64,000 nucleotides of DNA, taken from an uncultured Candidatus Saccharibacteria bacterium (GTDB lineage: Bacteria > Patescibacteriota > Saccharimonadia > Saccharimonadales > UBA10212). Where the stretch lies: assembly GCA_964483315.1 (NCBI GenBank), contig CAZAAL010000001.1:122850-186849 (forward strand), given 5' to 3'. The notes beneath the pieces are model-generated. The model ran no database searches, had not been told where the DNA came from, and saw nothing but the letters and a program-made list of their open reading frames with translations. The position numbers were made by a program, and so were the translations under genes. This document shows positions 31,713 to 40,491 of the stretch, piece by piece (the first letter of the stretch is position 1; every line of letters starts with the position of its first letter).

Positions 31713-34700
31713 ATGAGAATATTCATGGTCACTGCTGTTATTGTGGCCTTGTTTTTCGTGGTGAGTTGGGGTGTTTCCAAATTAGTACCGGACAAAGTTA
31801 CTTTTAGGGGTAGCATTAAAACCGAAAAAGGCTCATTGCCCGATGGTTCATATGACGTAAGGGTAAGGTCTTTTAATGCGCTAAACTCATCAGACTTGTT
31901 ATACCAAATGGATTTTAAATCCATCCAGGTTAAAGACGGTCAATATGAGCTTGGCTACAATCTAAACAAAGAGTTTGCTTCTGTGCCTGCAGTAGTGGAG
32001 ATTTGTATAGACTCCGGTGATGGGTTTAAGGATAAGGATGGTAATGTATGTGCCGATGGTAGCTCGGACAGTATTTATGACTATGCACTTTGCCCCTACT
32101 ATATGCGGTCTAGGGCTGATGGATCATTCGCTTGGTTGATTAACCGAAAGGTTTACACCGAGCGCAATATGATTAAATGTCCGAATCTTGAAAAAGGCAC
32201 AACAGCTAGTAGTGAAAGCATAATCGAAAAGGCAAACGAGGCTGGGCTTAACGTATCGCTAATAAGCGCTGGCAATAAAAATCAGGTGGTTAACAACATC
32301 ACGAATATCAACCAAGTTGATGATCCGCAAACTCTAGTTATTGAGGGTAACGTGCTTTATATAAGTGGTGGCAATAGTGTAGTTTTACCAAGCTCTGGCT
32401 ATGGGGATACAGTTGATAATGATACGACTTATAGTGCTGGTAGTGGTTTGGTTTTAAACTCTACGACCTTTAGCCGTGAGTCGGGTTCGACCAATGGTCA
32501 GATTGAGGTCTGGGATGGCTCAAACTGGACTGATTTATCTGCCGGGACTAATGGGCAAGTCCTAACTATCGTGGGCGGTACGCCTGTCTGGCAATCAGGC
32601 GGAGCAGAAACTGATGGTGTAATTGGTAACGAGATAACAAATGTTGATGGAACAACTGGCTTGGCTCGAACTGGTACCGGTACTACTGGTGACCCATTTA
32701 TCGTGGCGCTTACCACAACCGGCGTTAGCGCTGGAACTTACAACAATGTCACAGTTAACGCCTACGGGCGTGTTACGTCTGCAAGCAATATTGCTTATCT
32801 GACATCTGAAACCGATGGGATAGTTGGTAATGAGCTAACTAATCTTACGGCGGGTGATGGTAAAGGCATACTTACCCGTAGCGGTACAGGTACCGGTGGA
32901 GACCCATATACCTTGAGCGTAGCTACTTGTGGCTTAAACCAAATTTTTAAATCTAATGGCAGTAGCTGGGCCTGCTCCTCCGACGTCGACACCGACACAA
33001 CCTACTCAGCTGGTAATGGTCTAAGTTTATCTACCACTACTTTTTCAGTTAACTCACCAACTTGTGCTGGCACCGACAAACTCCAATGGAATGGATCAGC
33101 TTTTGTATGTTCAGCTGATGTAGATACCGATACTGACACCACTGACTTTAATGTTTCAGCTCAAGGTACAGTTGGCTCACAAAACATAGCTGATGGTGGA
33201 ACAGTCTCATTCAGTAACGGCACAGGCACTACCGCCACTCGCTCAGGTTCAGCAGTTACCTATAGCCTAAACGATACAGCTGTAACAACTGGCACATATG
33301 GAACTAGTTCTAGTGTTGCTCAGTTCACAGTCGACCAACAAGGTCGAATCACTGGAGCCAGCTCAGTAGCTATAGACTTTGCCGGTAATGCTGTAACTAG
33401 CGTAACAGCCGGCAGTGGACTAACTAACGGTGGTGGCCCCGGAGCAATCACCATTAATGTTGGAGCTGGTAATGGTATTACAGTAAACGCTAACGACATA
33501 ACCGTAGATACTCTAGACTCAGCCGATGCTTTATCTTCAACCACATCAAATGGTTCTGGCTTAGAAGTCCTAGCTTCTGGTATTGGTCTATTACAAGGCT
33601 GTTCAGATAACCAAATCCTTAAATGGAATGAAGCTGGTGATCTATGGGGATGTGCTAATGACACAGATACCGATACCGACACTACAAACTTCAACATTCG
33701 AGCCAATGCCGGAGCTAGCGCCAATATCTCATCCGGCGGTACAGTTAGCTTTGTAGATGGTACTGGTACCACGGCTTCACGCTCTGGTAATGACATAGCC
33801 TTTAATCTAACTACAACTGGGGTTAGTGCTAATAGCTACGGTTCATCTACTCAAGTACCAGTCTTTACAGTAGATGCCTACGGACGTATATCTAGTGTTA
33901 CTAATACCAGTATTAACTTCCCGGCAGAGGTAGATGGTGTAGTAGGCAATGAAGTTACCAATGCCACATCAAATGCTGGCTTAACTCGTTCTGGTACTGG
34001 CACAGGTGGTGACCCATACACTCTAGGCGTATTACTACCATCTGCTACTGATGCCTTATCTTCAACAACTTCAACAGGCTCTGGTTTAGAACTCACATCA
34101 TCAGGACTTTCATTAATCCAAGGCTGTTCTAATAACCAAATCCTTAAATGGAATGAGACAAGTGATGTTTGGGCCTGCTCCTCCGACGTCGACACCGACA
34201 CAACCTACTCAGCTGGTAATGGTCTAAGTTTATCTACCACTACTTTTTCAGTTAACTCACCAACTTGTGCTGGCACCGACAAACTCCAATGGAATGGATC
34301 AGCTTTTGTATGTTCAGCTGATGTAGATACCGATACTGACACCACTGACTTTAATGTTTCAGCTCAAGGTACAGTTGGCTCACAAAACATAGCTGATGGT
34401 GGAACAGTCTCATTCAGTAACGGCACAGGCACTACCGCCACTCGCTCAGGTTCAGCAGTTACCTATAGCCTAAACGATACAGCTGTAACAACTGGCACAT
34501 ATGGAACTAGTTCTAGTGTTGCTCAGTTCACAGTCGACCAACAAGGTCGAATCACTGGAGCCAGCTCAGTAGCTATAGACTTTGCCGGTAATGCTGTAAC
34601 TAGCGTAACAGCCGGCAGTGGACTAACTAACGGTGGTGGCCCCGGAGCAATCACCATTAATGTTGGAGCTGGTAATGGTATTACAGTAAACGCTAACGAC

Positions 34701-36926
34701 ATAACCGTAGATACTCTAGACTCAGCCGATGCTTTATCTTCAACCACATCAAATGGTTCTGGCTTAGAAGTCCTAGCTTCTGGTATTGGTCTATTACAAG
34801 GCTGTTCAGATAACCAAATCCTTAAATGGAATGAAGCTGGTGATCTATGGGGATGTGCGGCGGATGCAAGCGGTGGCTCAATGACAATTGGCACGATCAA
34901 TTCACAAACAAAAAGCGCTGACGGAGCTGTAATATCATCAGGCGTATTGTATATGCAAACTGCCGACGGCACTAACCCTGGCTTAGTGAGTACTGGTGCA
35001 CAAAGTTTTGCAGGCAATAAAACATTTAGTGATGCATTAATCGCAACTTGTACGAATACTTCTACTAATGTTTTATGTGACGGCGGCAACACTAGGGGCG
35101 CAGGAATCGTCTTAGGATCTAACGATAACTTTGGCCTGACTTTTGAAACAAACAACACTACTGCAATGACAATTGCTAACAATGGTGCAATTACTATTGG
35201 AGCAACAACGATTGATCAGGCTATAACAATTGATAATGGGACAGGTGCGCTTAGCCTAGGTAATAGTAGTGATGCAAAGACAATCAATATTGGTACCGGT
35301 ACTGGTATCGATACTATCAATATTGGTACCGGTGCAACCTCTGCCGATGCAATAACCTTTGGTAATACGGGGGTAGCTACTACCCTAACATTCAACTCTG
35401 GAGTTTCTACTACTACTGCAATGTCATTTAACCTAAATTCATTAACTAGCGGCAACGGACTGGTCTTAAGCGCAACTAGCGTGACATCGGGCGAGGTATT
35501 CGAGATTCTTGGGCCTTCTAGCAGGAGTATTTTAAGAGTCAAAAATGAATCGGCTGACCCACTGGATGATCAACGGGTAATAATTGGTCAGGGTGGTTTG
35601 GCAAGCTCTAAACCGGATGAGCTTGCTCGGGATCAGCTCTATGTGTTTGGTCGAATTAACTATAGCTGGAACATGTTTAGCCAAGATTTTTTGGGTGGAG
35701 CTACGAATCTAACAGCGGATGGCACGGCATTTAACGCATACTATGACGAAGTGGCAGGTTCTGGTGGTACTGCACCATCTGGAGTTATGAACCAACAAAG
35801 TCTTGCATCTGGCTCTGGTGCTGGTCGGTTAACATTTAGTGGTACCCTTGGTACAGGACCTTGGGCTAGCTTGTATGGCACGAACGTTAACGTTACAGAA
35901 CGCTCGCTCAACCCGGTCTTTGAGGCTCGCATACAGGCAAGCTCAAACACAGACCAAAGGGCAATCGCTGGCTTTACAGATATTGCACTTAACACGGCCA
36001 TTGCAGCCGATACAAACAATTCAGCTAACGAGGTATTCTTTAGAAAAACAGCTGCTGGCACAAACTGGGAGGCAGTCACCCGAAACGCAAGCGGAGCAGA
36101 AAATGTCACGGGATTAGGAACCGCTTGTGCTGGAGGTACAGCGTGTACAACTGCTGCAATGCGGACAATGAGGATCGAGCTAGAAAACGTTGGCGCAAAC
36201 GGAACCGCTAGGTTTTATATTGATGGTACATTGGTAGCGACTCATACTACCGCAGCTGTGCCGGCTAACACTACAAGACTTGGCTGGAAGATTGGCACAA
36301 CACCAACCACAACAACCTACACTGGTCGGGTAGTTGATATAGATTACGTTAGAGTTTGGAGTGACGACCCTCCAACTGATGTGTTGGGCCAGGCATTAAG
36401 TACTACAATTATTGATAATTCTAACCAAGAGCAAGTTGATCAGATTGAGCTAACGACATTTGATTTAGTTGGTAACCAAGAAGAGCTAGCTAACTTAATC
36501 GATGGCCTAAGAGATGATGTTAATTGGCTAAAAGGTCAGGGTGTAGCCGATGCAGCTCTGAATGGGGGTTTGGTATCCGGCAATACAACTTTTGCTGATT
36601 TTGTGACATTTAATAGCGGGGTCACGTTTGACTCTACAGTAGATTTTGGAGGGGATGTTAAATTTATTGGTCAGGCTGAATTTGATGGGCACGTAATTTT
36701 TGGAACCGATGGTGCTGGTACGCTCGAGCTTGAAGCGGGTCAAACATCAACTAGATTTGCATTTGCAAAACCTTATCAAAAGCCTCCTGTTGTTACTGTA
36801 ACACCACTTGATTATGATGCCGGTTTTAGGCTCACAAACGTAGACGAAACAGGCTTTACGATTACTATTTCGACTAGTCAGAATACTCAAACTAGGTTTA
36901 ACTGGATTGTTGTTGGGCGTCAATAG
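31713..36926 (+). CDS. giant repeat-containing cell-surface protein with C-terminal H-type-lectin-like domain (candidate adhesin)
   Basis: The ORF track gives a GTG start at 31662. ATG 31713 (MRIFMVTAVIVALFFVVSWG, a TM/signal anchor) is more plausible. The body has ~200-aa G/T/S-rich repeats with the recurring motif GTYG..S.V..FTVD..GRI(T/S). The C-terminus FAFAKPYQKPPVVTVTPLDYDAGFRLTNVDETGFTITISTSQNTQTRFNWIVVG fits the H-type lectin fold pattern. Confidence 0.75.
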   Translation: MRIFMVTAVIVALFFVVSWGVSKLVPDKVTFRGSIKTEKGSLPDGSYDVRVRSFNALNSSDLLYQMDFKSIQVKDGQYELGYNLNKEFASVPAVVEICIDSGDGFKDKDGNVCADGSSDSIYDYALCPYYMRSRADGSFAWLINRKVYTERNMIKCPNLEKGTTASSESIIEKANEAGLNVSLISAGNKNQVVNNITNINQVDDPQTLVIEGNVLYISGGNSVVLPSSGYGDTVDNDTTYSAGSGLVLNSTTFSRESGSTNGQIEVWDGSNWTDLSAGTNGQVLTIVGGTPVWQSGGAETDGVIGNEITNVDGTTGLARTGTGTTGDPFIVALTTTGVSAGTYNNVTVNAYGRVTSASNIAYLTSETDGIVGNELTNLTAGDGKGILTRSGTGTGGDPYTLSVATCGLNQIFKSNGSSWACSSDVDTDTTYSAGNGLSLSTTTFSVNSPTCAGTDKLQWNGSAFVCSADVDTDTDTTDFNVSAQGTVGSQNIADGGTVSFSNGTGTTATRSGSAVTYSLNDTAVTTGTYGTSSSVAQFTVDQQGRITGASSVAIDFAGNAVTSVTAGSGLTNGGGPGAITINVGAGNGITVNANDITVDTLDSADALSSTTSNGSGLEVLASGIGLLQGCSDNQILKWNEAGDLWGCANDTDTDTDTTNFNIRANAGASANISSGGTVSFVDGTGTTASRSGNDIAFNLTTTGVSANSYGSSTQVPVFTVDAYGRISSVTNTSINFPAEVDGVVGNEVTNATSNAGLTRSGTGTGGDPYTLGVLLPSATDALSSTTSTGSGLELTSSGLSLIQGCSNNQILKWNETSDVWACSSDVDTDTTYSAGNGLSLSTTTFSVNSPTCAGTDKLQWNGSAFVCSADVDTDTDTTDFNVSAQGTVGSQNIADGGTVSFSNGTGTTATRSGSAVTYSLNDTAVTTGTYGTSSSVAQFTVDQQGRITGASSVAIDFAGNAVTSVTAGSGLTNGGGPGAITINVGAGNGITVNANDITVDTLDSADALSSTTSNGSGLEVLASGIGLLQGCSDNQILKWNEAGDLWGCAADASGGSMTIGTINSQTKSADGAVISSGVLYMQTADGTNPGLVSTGAQSFAGNKTFSDALIATCTNTSTNVLCDGGNTRGAGIVLGSNDNFGLTFETNNTTAMTIANNGAITIGATTIDQAITIDNGTGALSLGNSSDAKTINIGTGTGIDTINIGTGATSADAITFGNTGVATTLTFNSGVSTTTAMSFNLNSLTSGNGLVLSATSVTSGEVFEILGPSSRSILRVKNESADPLDDQRVIIGQGGLASSKPDELARDQLYVFGRINYSWNMFSQDFLGGATNLTADGTAFNAYYDEVAGSGGTAPSGVMNQQSLASGSGAGRLTFSGTLGTGPWASLYGTNVNVTERSLNPVFEARIQASSNTDQRAIAGFTDIALNTAIAADTNNSANEVFFRKTAAGTNWEAVTRNASGAENVTGLGTACAGGTACTTAAMRTMRIELENVGANGTARFYIDGTLVATHTTAAVPANTTRLGWKIGTTPTTTTYTGRVVDIDYVRVWSDDPPTDVLGQALSTTIIDNSNQEQVDQIELTTFDLVGNQEELANLIDGLRDDVNWLKGQGVADAALNGGLVSGNTTFADFVTFNSGVTFDSTVDFGGDVKFIGQAEFDGHVIFGTDGAGTLELEAGQTSTRFAFAKPYQKPPVVTVTPLDYDAGFRLTNVDETGFTITISTSQNTQTRFNWIVVGRQ
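32967..33655 (+). repeat. 689-bp direct repeat, copy 1 (inside the giant gene)
   Basis: Identical to 34170-34858 (offset 1203 bp). Encodes an identical 229-aa block. Confidence 0.85.
34170..34858 (+). repeat. 689-bp direct repeat, copy 2 (inside the giant gene)
   Basis: By eye it is a perfect copy of 32967-33655. The 514-bp segment between the copies is a diverged relative of the same unit. Confidence 0.85.
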
Positions 36927-36970
36927 ATTTGACTCAGTAGCCATAGGGTCTGTAAAATCATAAGGAGTAT

Positions 36971-37672
36971 ATGGAAGAGGGCAAACCAAAAAAGCGTGTT
37001 CCAGGTGTTTCTGTAAACAAAGATTCACTAAAACGTAATAAAATTACGATAGCTTTAATAGCCGTAATTGTATTACTAGCTGGTTTTGGGGGGTACTATT
37101 ACATGCAGTACCAAGATCAAAAACAAAACCCCGAACAAGCCCTAAAAGAACAGCAAGAAGCCGAACTTAATGAAGTGGTAGCTAAAGTTGGTGCATTATA
37201 TGCTTTACCCAATGAAGAGAAACCCAGCTTAGCAACAGTCCAAGACATAAATAAACTAAAAGATCAGCCATTTTTTTCTAACGCTCAAAATGGCGATAAA
37301 CTATTAATATATTCAGCGGCCAAACAGGCAATAATTTTTAGACCAAGCACAAATAAGATAATTAATGTCGGGCCAATAGCAATCACTCAATCACCGGATA
37401 AAGCTAGTATCAGAATAACTGGCGCTCAGGCTGACCGAGATTCTGCCGAAAAGTTGATGCAGGCGTTTGTGGCCGAAGCAATTGTTAGTGGTAAGGGCGA
37501 TGCCAAAGACGCCTACAAAAACACTTACGTAATAGATTTAACAGGAAAAAACCCAACTTTGGCTAGCCAAATTGCCTCAAAGTTTAAAAACGGCAGTGTA
37601 ACTACGCTACCAGCAAACGAGACCAAACCTGAAGGTGTAGATATCCTAGTTATCGCTGGTTCAGCTCGTTAG
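36971..37672 (+). CDS. hypothetical membrane-anchored protein
   Basis: K-rich N-terminus, one TM helix (ITIALIAVIVLLAGFGGYYY). 233 aa. Confidence 0.5.
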   Translation: MEEGKPKKRVPGVSVNKDSLKRNKITIALIAVIVLLAGFGGYYYMQYQDQKQNPEQALKEQQEAELNEVVAKVGALYALPNEEKPSLATVQDINKLKDQPFFSNAQNGDKLLIYSAAKQAIIFRPSTNKIINVGPIAITQSPDKASIRITGAQADRDSAEKLMQAFVAEAIVSGKGDAKDAYKNTYVIDLTGKNPTLASQIASKFKNGSVTTLPANETKPEGVDILVIAGSAR

Positions 37673-38650
37673 GCTTCGTGGGTCGTCGTACCTTACTCTT
37701 GCACCATTACCCACTAATTGTTCGTACTTGTAACTCATACTAATCATCAAATTATGGATGGTATCAGGAGTTTGAATTTTTGTTAGGTTGCCAACTGCAA
37801 AACTCATCTGCTTATCCTTACCTTGGAACATTGTAATTGGTAAAGCAGAATCAAATTTTCCGTAAAGAATTTTTTCGGCTAAGGCTTGATTAACTGGCTG
37901 CATTGTTACATCACCAGTATCTGGATCAACAATATCAAGACTCCCTGAAGCAGCCACAACAAGTACCTTTCCTCGACCATCGCCTATTGCTTTTGGGTGG
38001 TAGGTTCGTATAATCTTGAATCCACTTTGTTTGTTGAATTCTTGGGCAAAACCGTTTAGATGGAATTTTTCAGCGCTGGCTGTTTGAGGTACAGTTGTGT
38101 ATATATTGCAAAATTGTCTTAACAGCTCTATTGCGCCCATAGTTTGCTCGGGTTTGCCATCAGTATTTTTTTTAGTAACAATATCTAACCAACCTAGCGT
38201 GTTGCTAATTATGATTCCAGATTCTTTAGCAAAACCTTGCCTATCCACAGCGTTATATAGCCCAGCTTGTAATACAGCAATATTCATTAACCACGGGTGA
38301 TTTGTTAATATGGCAATATTTTTACCTTGGCTCTGTAAATCTTCAATTTGCGCAAGTAAATCTTGTTTTTGTCTTATTGCTTCAACAAATTTCTTAAATC
38401 CATCTCCACTTATAACACGCTCACCAATTTTATCAGCAGTAAATTTTACAAATTCGTGTCCTTCTACAGTATCGCCTATTTCAGAGGCTAGATAAGGCTG
38501 GGCATCAACTCTTGTATACTCGTCATTTTTACTTAACACAAAATCGCCGTTTGAACGGCTAACAAGATTTTCGCCCCATGCTTTAAATTTTTCAGTAGTA
38601 CTGAGTTTAGGAATATCAAACTCAGCAACGTGTAAACTTTCAGGATTCAT
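37661..38650 (-). CDS. hypothetical protein
   Basis: 329 aa with no confident motif. Has a long (about 350 nt) structured upstream region. Confidence 0.5.
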   Translation of the reverse strand: MNPESLHVAEFDIPKLSTTEKFKAWGENLVSRSNGDFVLSKNDEYTRVDAQPYLASEIGDTVEGHEFVKFTADKIGERVISGDGFKKFVEAIRQKQDLLAQIEDLQSQGKNIAILTNHPWLMNIAVLQAGLYNAVDRQGFAKESGIIISNTLGWLDIVTKKNTDGKPEQTMGAIELLRQFCNIYTTVPQTASAEKFHLNGFAQEFNKQSGFKIIRTYHPKAIGDGRGKVLVVAASGSLDIVDPDTGDVTMQPVNQALAEKILYGKFDSALPITMFQGKDKQMSFAVGNLTKIQTPDTIHNLMISMSYKYEQLVGNGARVRYDDPRSLTS

Positions 38651-38754
38651 TATTTTATATTATAGAATAAAACAAAACATTAATCAATAACTAATAAATT
38701 ACTACAGACATACTATATTATTCATGTTAGCATTAATTTACTTAACAAATAATT

Positions 38755-38905
38755 TGCTGGAAGCCGGTGTAAATCCGGCACTGTGCCGCAACGGTTACTA
38801 TGAGACACCCTTAAAAGGGTTTCTCATCGCGCGGGGCCATGGAATGAATCCATCGCTCCGGCTGCTCTTGCCAGAATAGGAAAAGAGCAGGAGCGGTCCG
38901 CAATA
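38755..38905 (+). promoter_or_regulatory. cobalamin (B12) riboswitch-like element
   Basis: cuGGAAGCCGGUGUAAAUCCGGCACUGUGCCGCAACGGUUAcu matches the conserved cobalamin-riboswitch core (GGAAnCCGGUGnnAAUCCGGnGCnGnnCCGCnACnGUnA). A B12-box-like GGCCAUGG follows. Recalled from memory, not searched. Confidence 0.45.
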
Positions 38906-38964
38906 ATTTGCGGATTCGAATTTATTTCGAAAGCTCCGATGAGAAAAACCTGGGTTTTTCTCAT
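38879..38964 (-). repeat. structured repeat element, copy 1 (hairpin A ATGAGAAAAACC/GGTTTTTCTCAT + two-hairpin domain + UGCUCUUUUCC)
   Basis: Shares its ends and overall architecture with 54352-54438 in inverted orientation, with compensatory changes in the enclosing stem. Confidence 0.6.
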
Positions 38965-39062
38965 AGAAAGTCCGATACAGCTTAAATTCTCTCGAGCAAG
39001 AGTAATACTTAACGTGTTAAGTATATATTTAACCCTTGCTTTAGTGGAGTAGGGGTATTTTT

Positions 39063-40382
39063 GTGTCAGTTCTAGAATTCGAACCTGTCGTAAAATCTAG
39101 TATAGAGCCAAATCTTGAGTCTTTAAGGGCAAAAAGAGTTGCTAGTTCGGTTATGGCATTTAGACGTGCCGAGCAAGAACCTGATCCATATATTCGTAAA
39201 GCTATATATGAACACGTTTATGATCAAGAAACCACTCATATTTGTGAGATTTTAAATGGCAAAGTCGAAACAGAGATTCCATTTGAGGTTCGTAAAGGCC
39301 GACTTACGGCGATTTGCGAAGATGGGCCAGTTGACTGGCAAGAATTTAGCAAAAACAACTTTTTGTATGCTGATTTGTTAGCTAAAAGCGACTCATCACT
39401 AAAACCGTATTTAAGGATTGCCGAGGTTGAGGTGGAAGAAGCATTAGAACAGCTCGAGATAGTTAAAGCCGGCGAACCAAAAACTACTGTAAGACTATCG
39501 CTTTGTGGCGATGACATCTTTTCGTCCAATGCACTTAAAAAAATTGGAAGATTGCCTGAAAAACAAAGAGCTATGCTAAGAGTTAGTGTTTTTGATGGCC
39601 AAAACTTAAGGCTGTATACTCGATCAATTGATGGAATGAGCTTAGAATCTGGAAAAAAATTTTTAAAAGAAAATTTTGGCATCGAGCTACCTGATAGGGC
39701 TGATTCAGTAGACGTTCTAAAGGCACGACCAACTTTAGATGGCGCTCATCATGAGCTAGCCGATAACTTAACACCTTCACAAACGGGGATAGATACTTAT
39801 AAATTTGTTATAAATCGCCCAGACTTATTAAAAGTATATTTAAAATCATTAGAAGATCTAGCGCGCTCTGATTATGATTTTGAAACAATTGTTTTGCATG
39901 CAAATGAACTACGAAACGATATTATGGCCAGTTTTAGTGAAGCGTTTGAGGGAAAGGCAATTTTAGCTACAGCTGAGTCTATTGCTGGTGCAGGTGAGCG
40001 GGCACGTCAAGAAGGCAAGGAGTTTTTTGGGTGCGATATGGTAGTAACGAGCATGCACGAAAAAACTGGTCTTGGCATTAGGCAGGGCGAAGTCGATGTA
40101 GACTGCGTAAAATGTCCAAAATGCTCACACCTTGGTATGGATAAAGGATCATTTAGACAAGGATTTTGGCATTGTAGGGGCTGTGGGGTAAAAAAGGCAT
40201 TTAATAAAAATGGCCAAAAAGTTTTGAATCAAAAACAAAAAAAGGATAATCTTAACCAAGAAGGATTATATGAATGGTGGACACTAGTAAAACAACAAGA
40301 CAAAATGAAGCGTCAGCAAAAAATGATGCAAGAAAAATCTCGGCAGCAAATCGAAAAAGAGAAGCTAGCGCATGCAGCTTAG
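39063..40382 (+). CDS. hypothetical protein with C-terminal zinc ribbon and K/Q-rich tail
   Basis: GTG start with an AGGGG SD upstream. CVKCPKC...CRGC near the C-terminus. 439 aa. Confidence 0.5.
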   Translation: MSVLEFEPVVKSSIEPNLESLRAKRVASSVMAFRRAEQEPDPYIRKAIYEHVYDQETTHICEILNGKVETEIPFEVRKGRLTAICEDGPVDWQEFSKNNFLYADLLAKSDSSLKPYLRIAEVEVEEALEQLEIVKAGEPKTTVRLSLCGDDIFSSNALKKIGRLPEKQRAMLRVSVFDGQNLRLYTRSIDGMSLESGKKFLKENFGIELPDRADSVDVLKARPTLDGAHHELADNLTPSQTGIDTYKFVINRPDLLKVYLKSLEDLARSDYDFETIVLHANELRNDIMASFSEAFEGKAILATAESIAGAGERARQEGKEFFGCDMVVTSMHEKTGLGIRQGEVDVDCVKCPKCSHLGMDKGSFRQGFWHCRGCGVKKAFNKNGQKVLNQKQKKDNLNQEGLYEWWTLVKQQDKMKRQQKMMQEKSRQQIEKEKLAHAA

Positions 40383-40491
40383 AGTACTTTTGTGAGATGT
40401 GTGATTATTATCCACTCATTCCCGTACACGGCCACTACGAATGCCCGCAGTGTAAATACAAAACCAAATGTTGCGAGGGCGCACCACAAGA

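Noticed and set aside
32498-36109. Several 60-220 aa minus-strand ORFs inside the giant gene (for example 33320-33796, 34523-35182)
   Set aside because: They lie entirely antisense to a continuous 5.2-kb coding frame with strong repeat structure. They are by-products of biased, repetitive codon usage.
38938-38990. AGAAAGUCCG next to hairpin A, reminiscent of the RNase P RNA GGAAAGUCCGG motif
   Set aside because: No room for a ~350-nt RNase P RNA. The flanking sequence lacks other P RNA conserved regions, and a protein gene starts at 39063.
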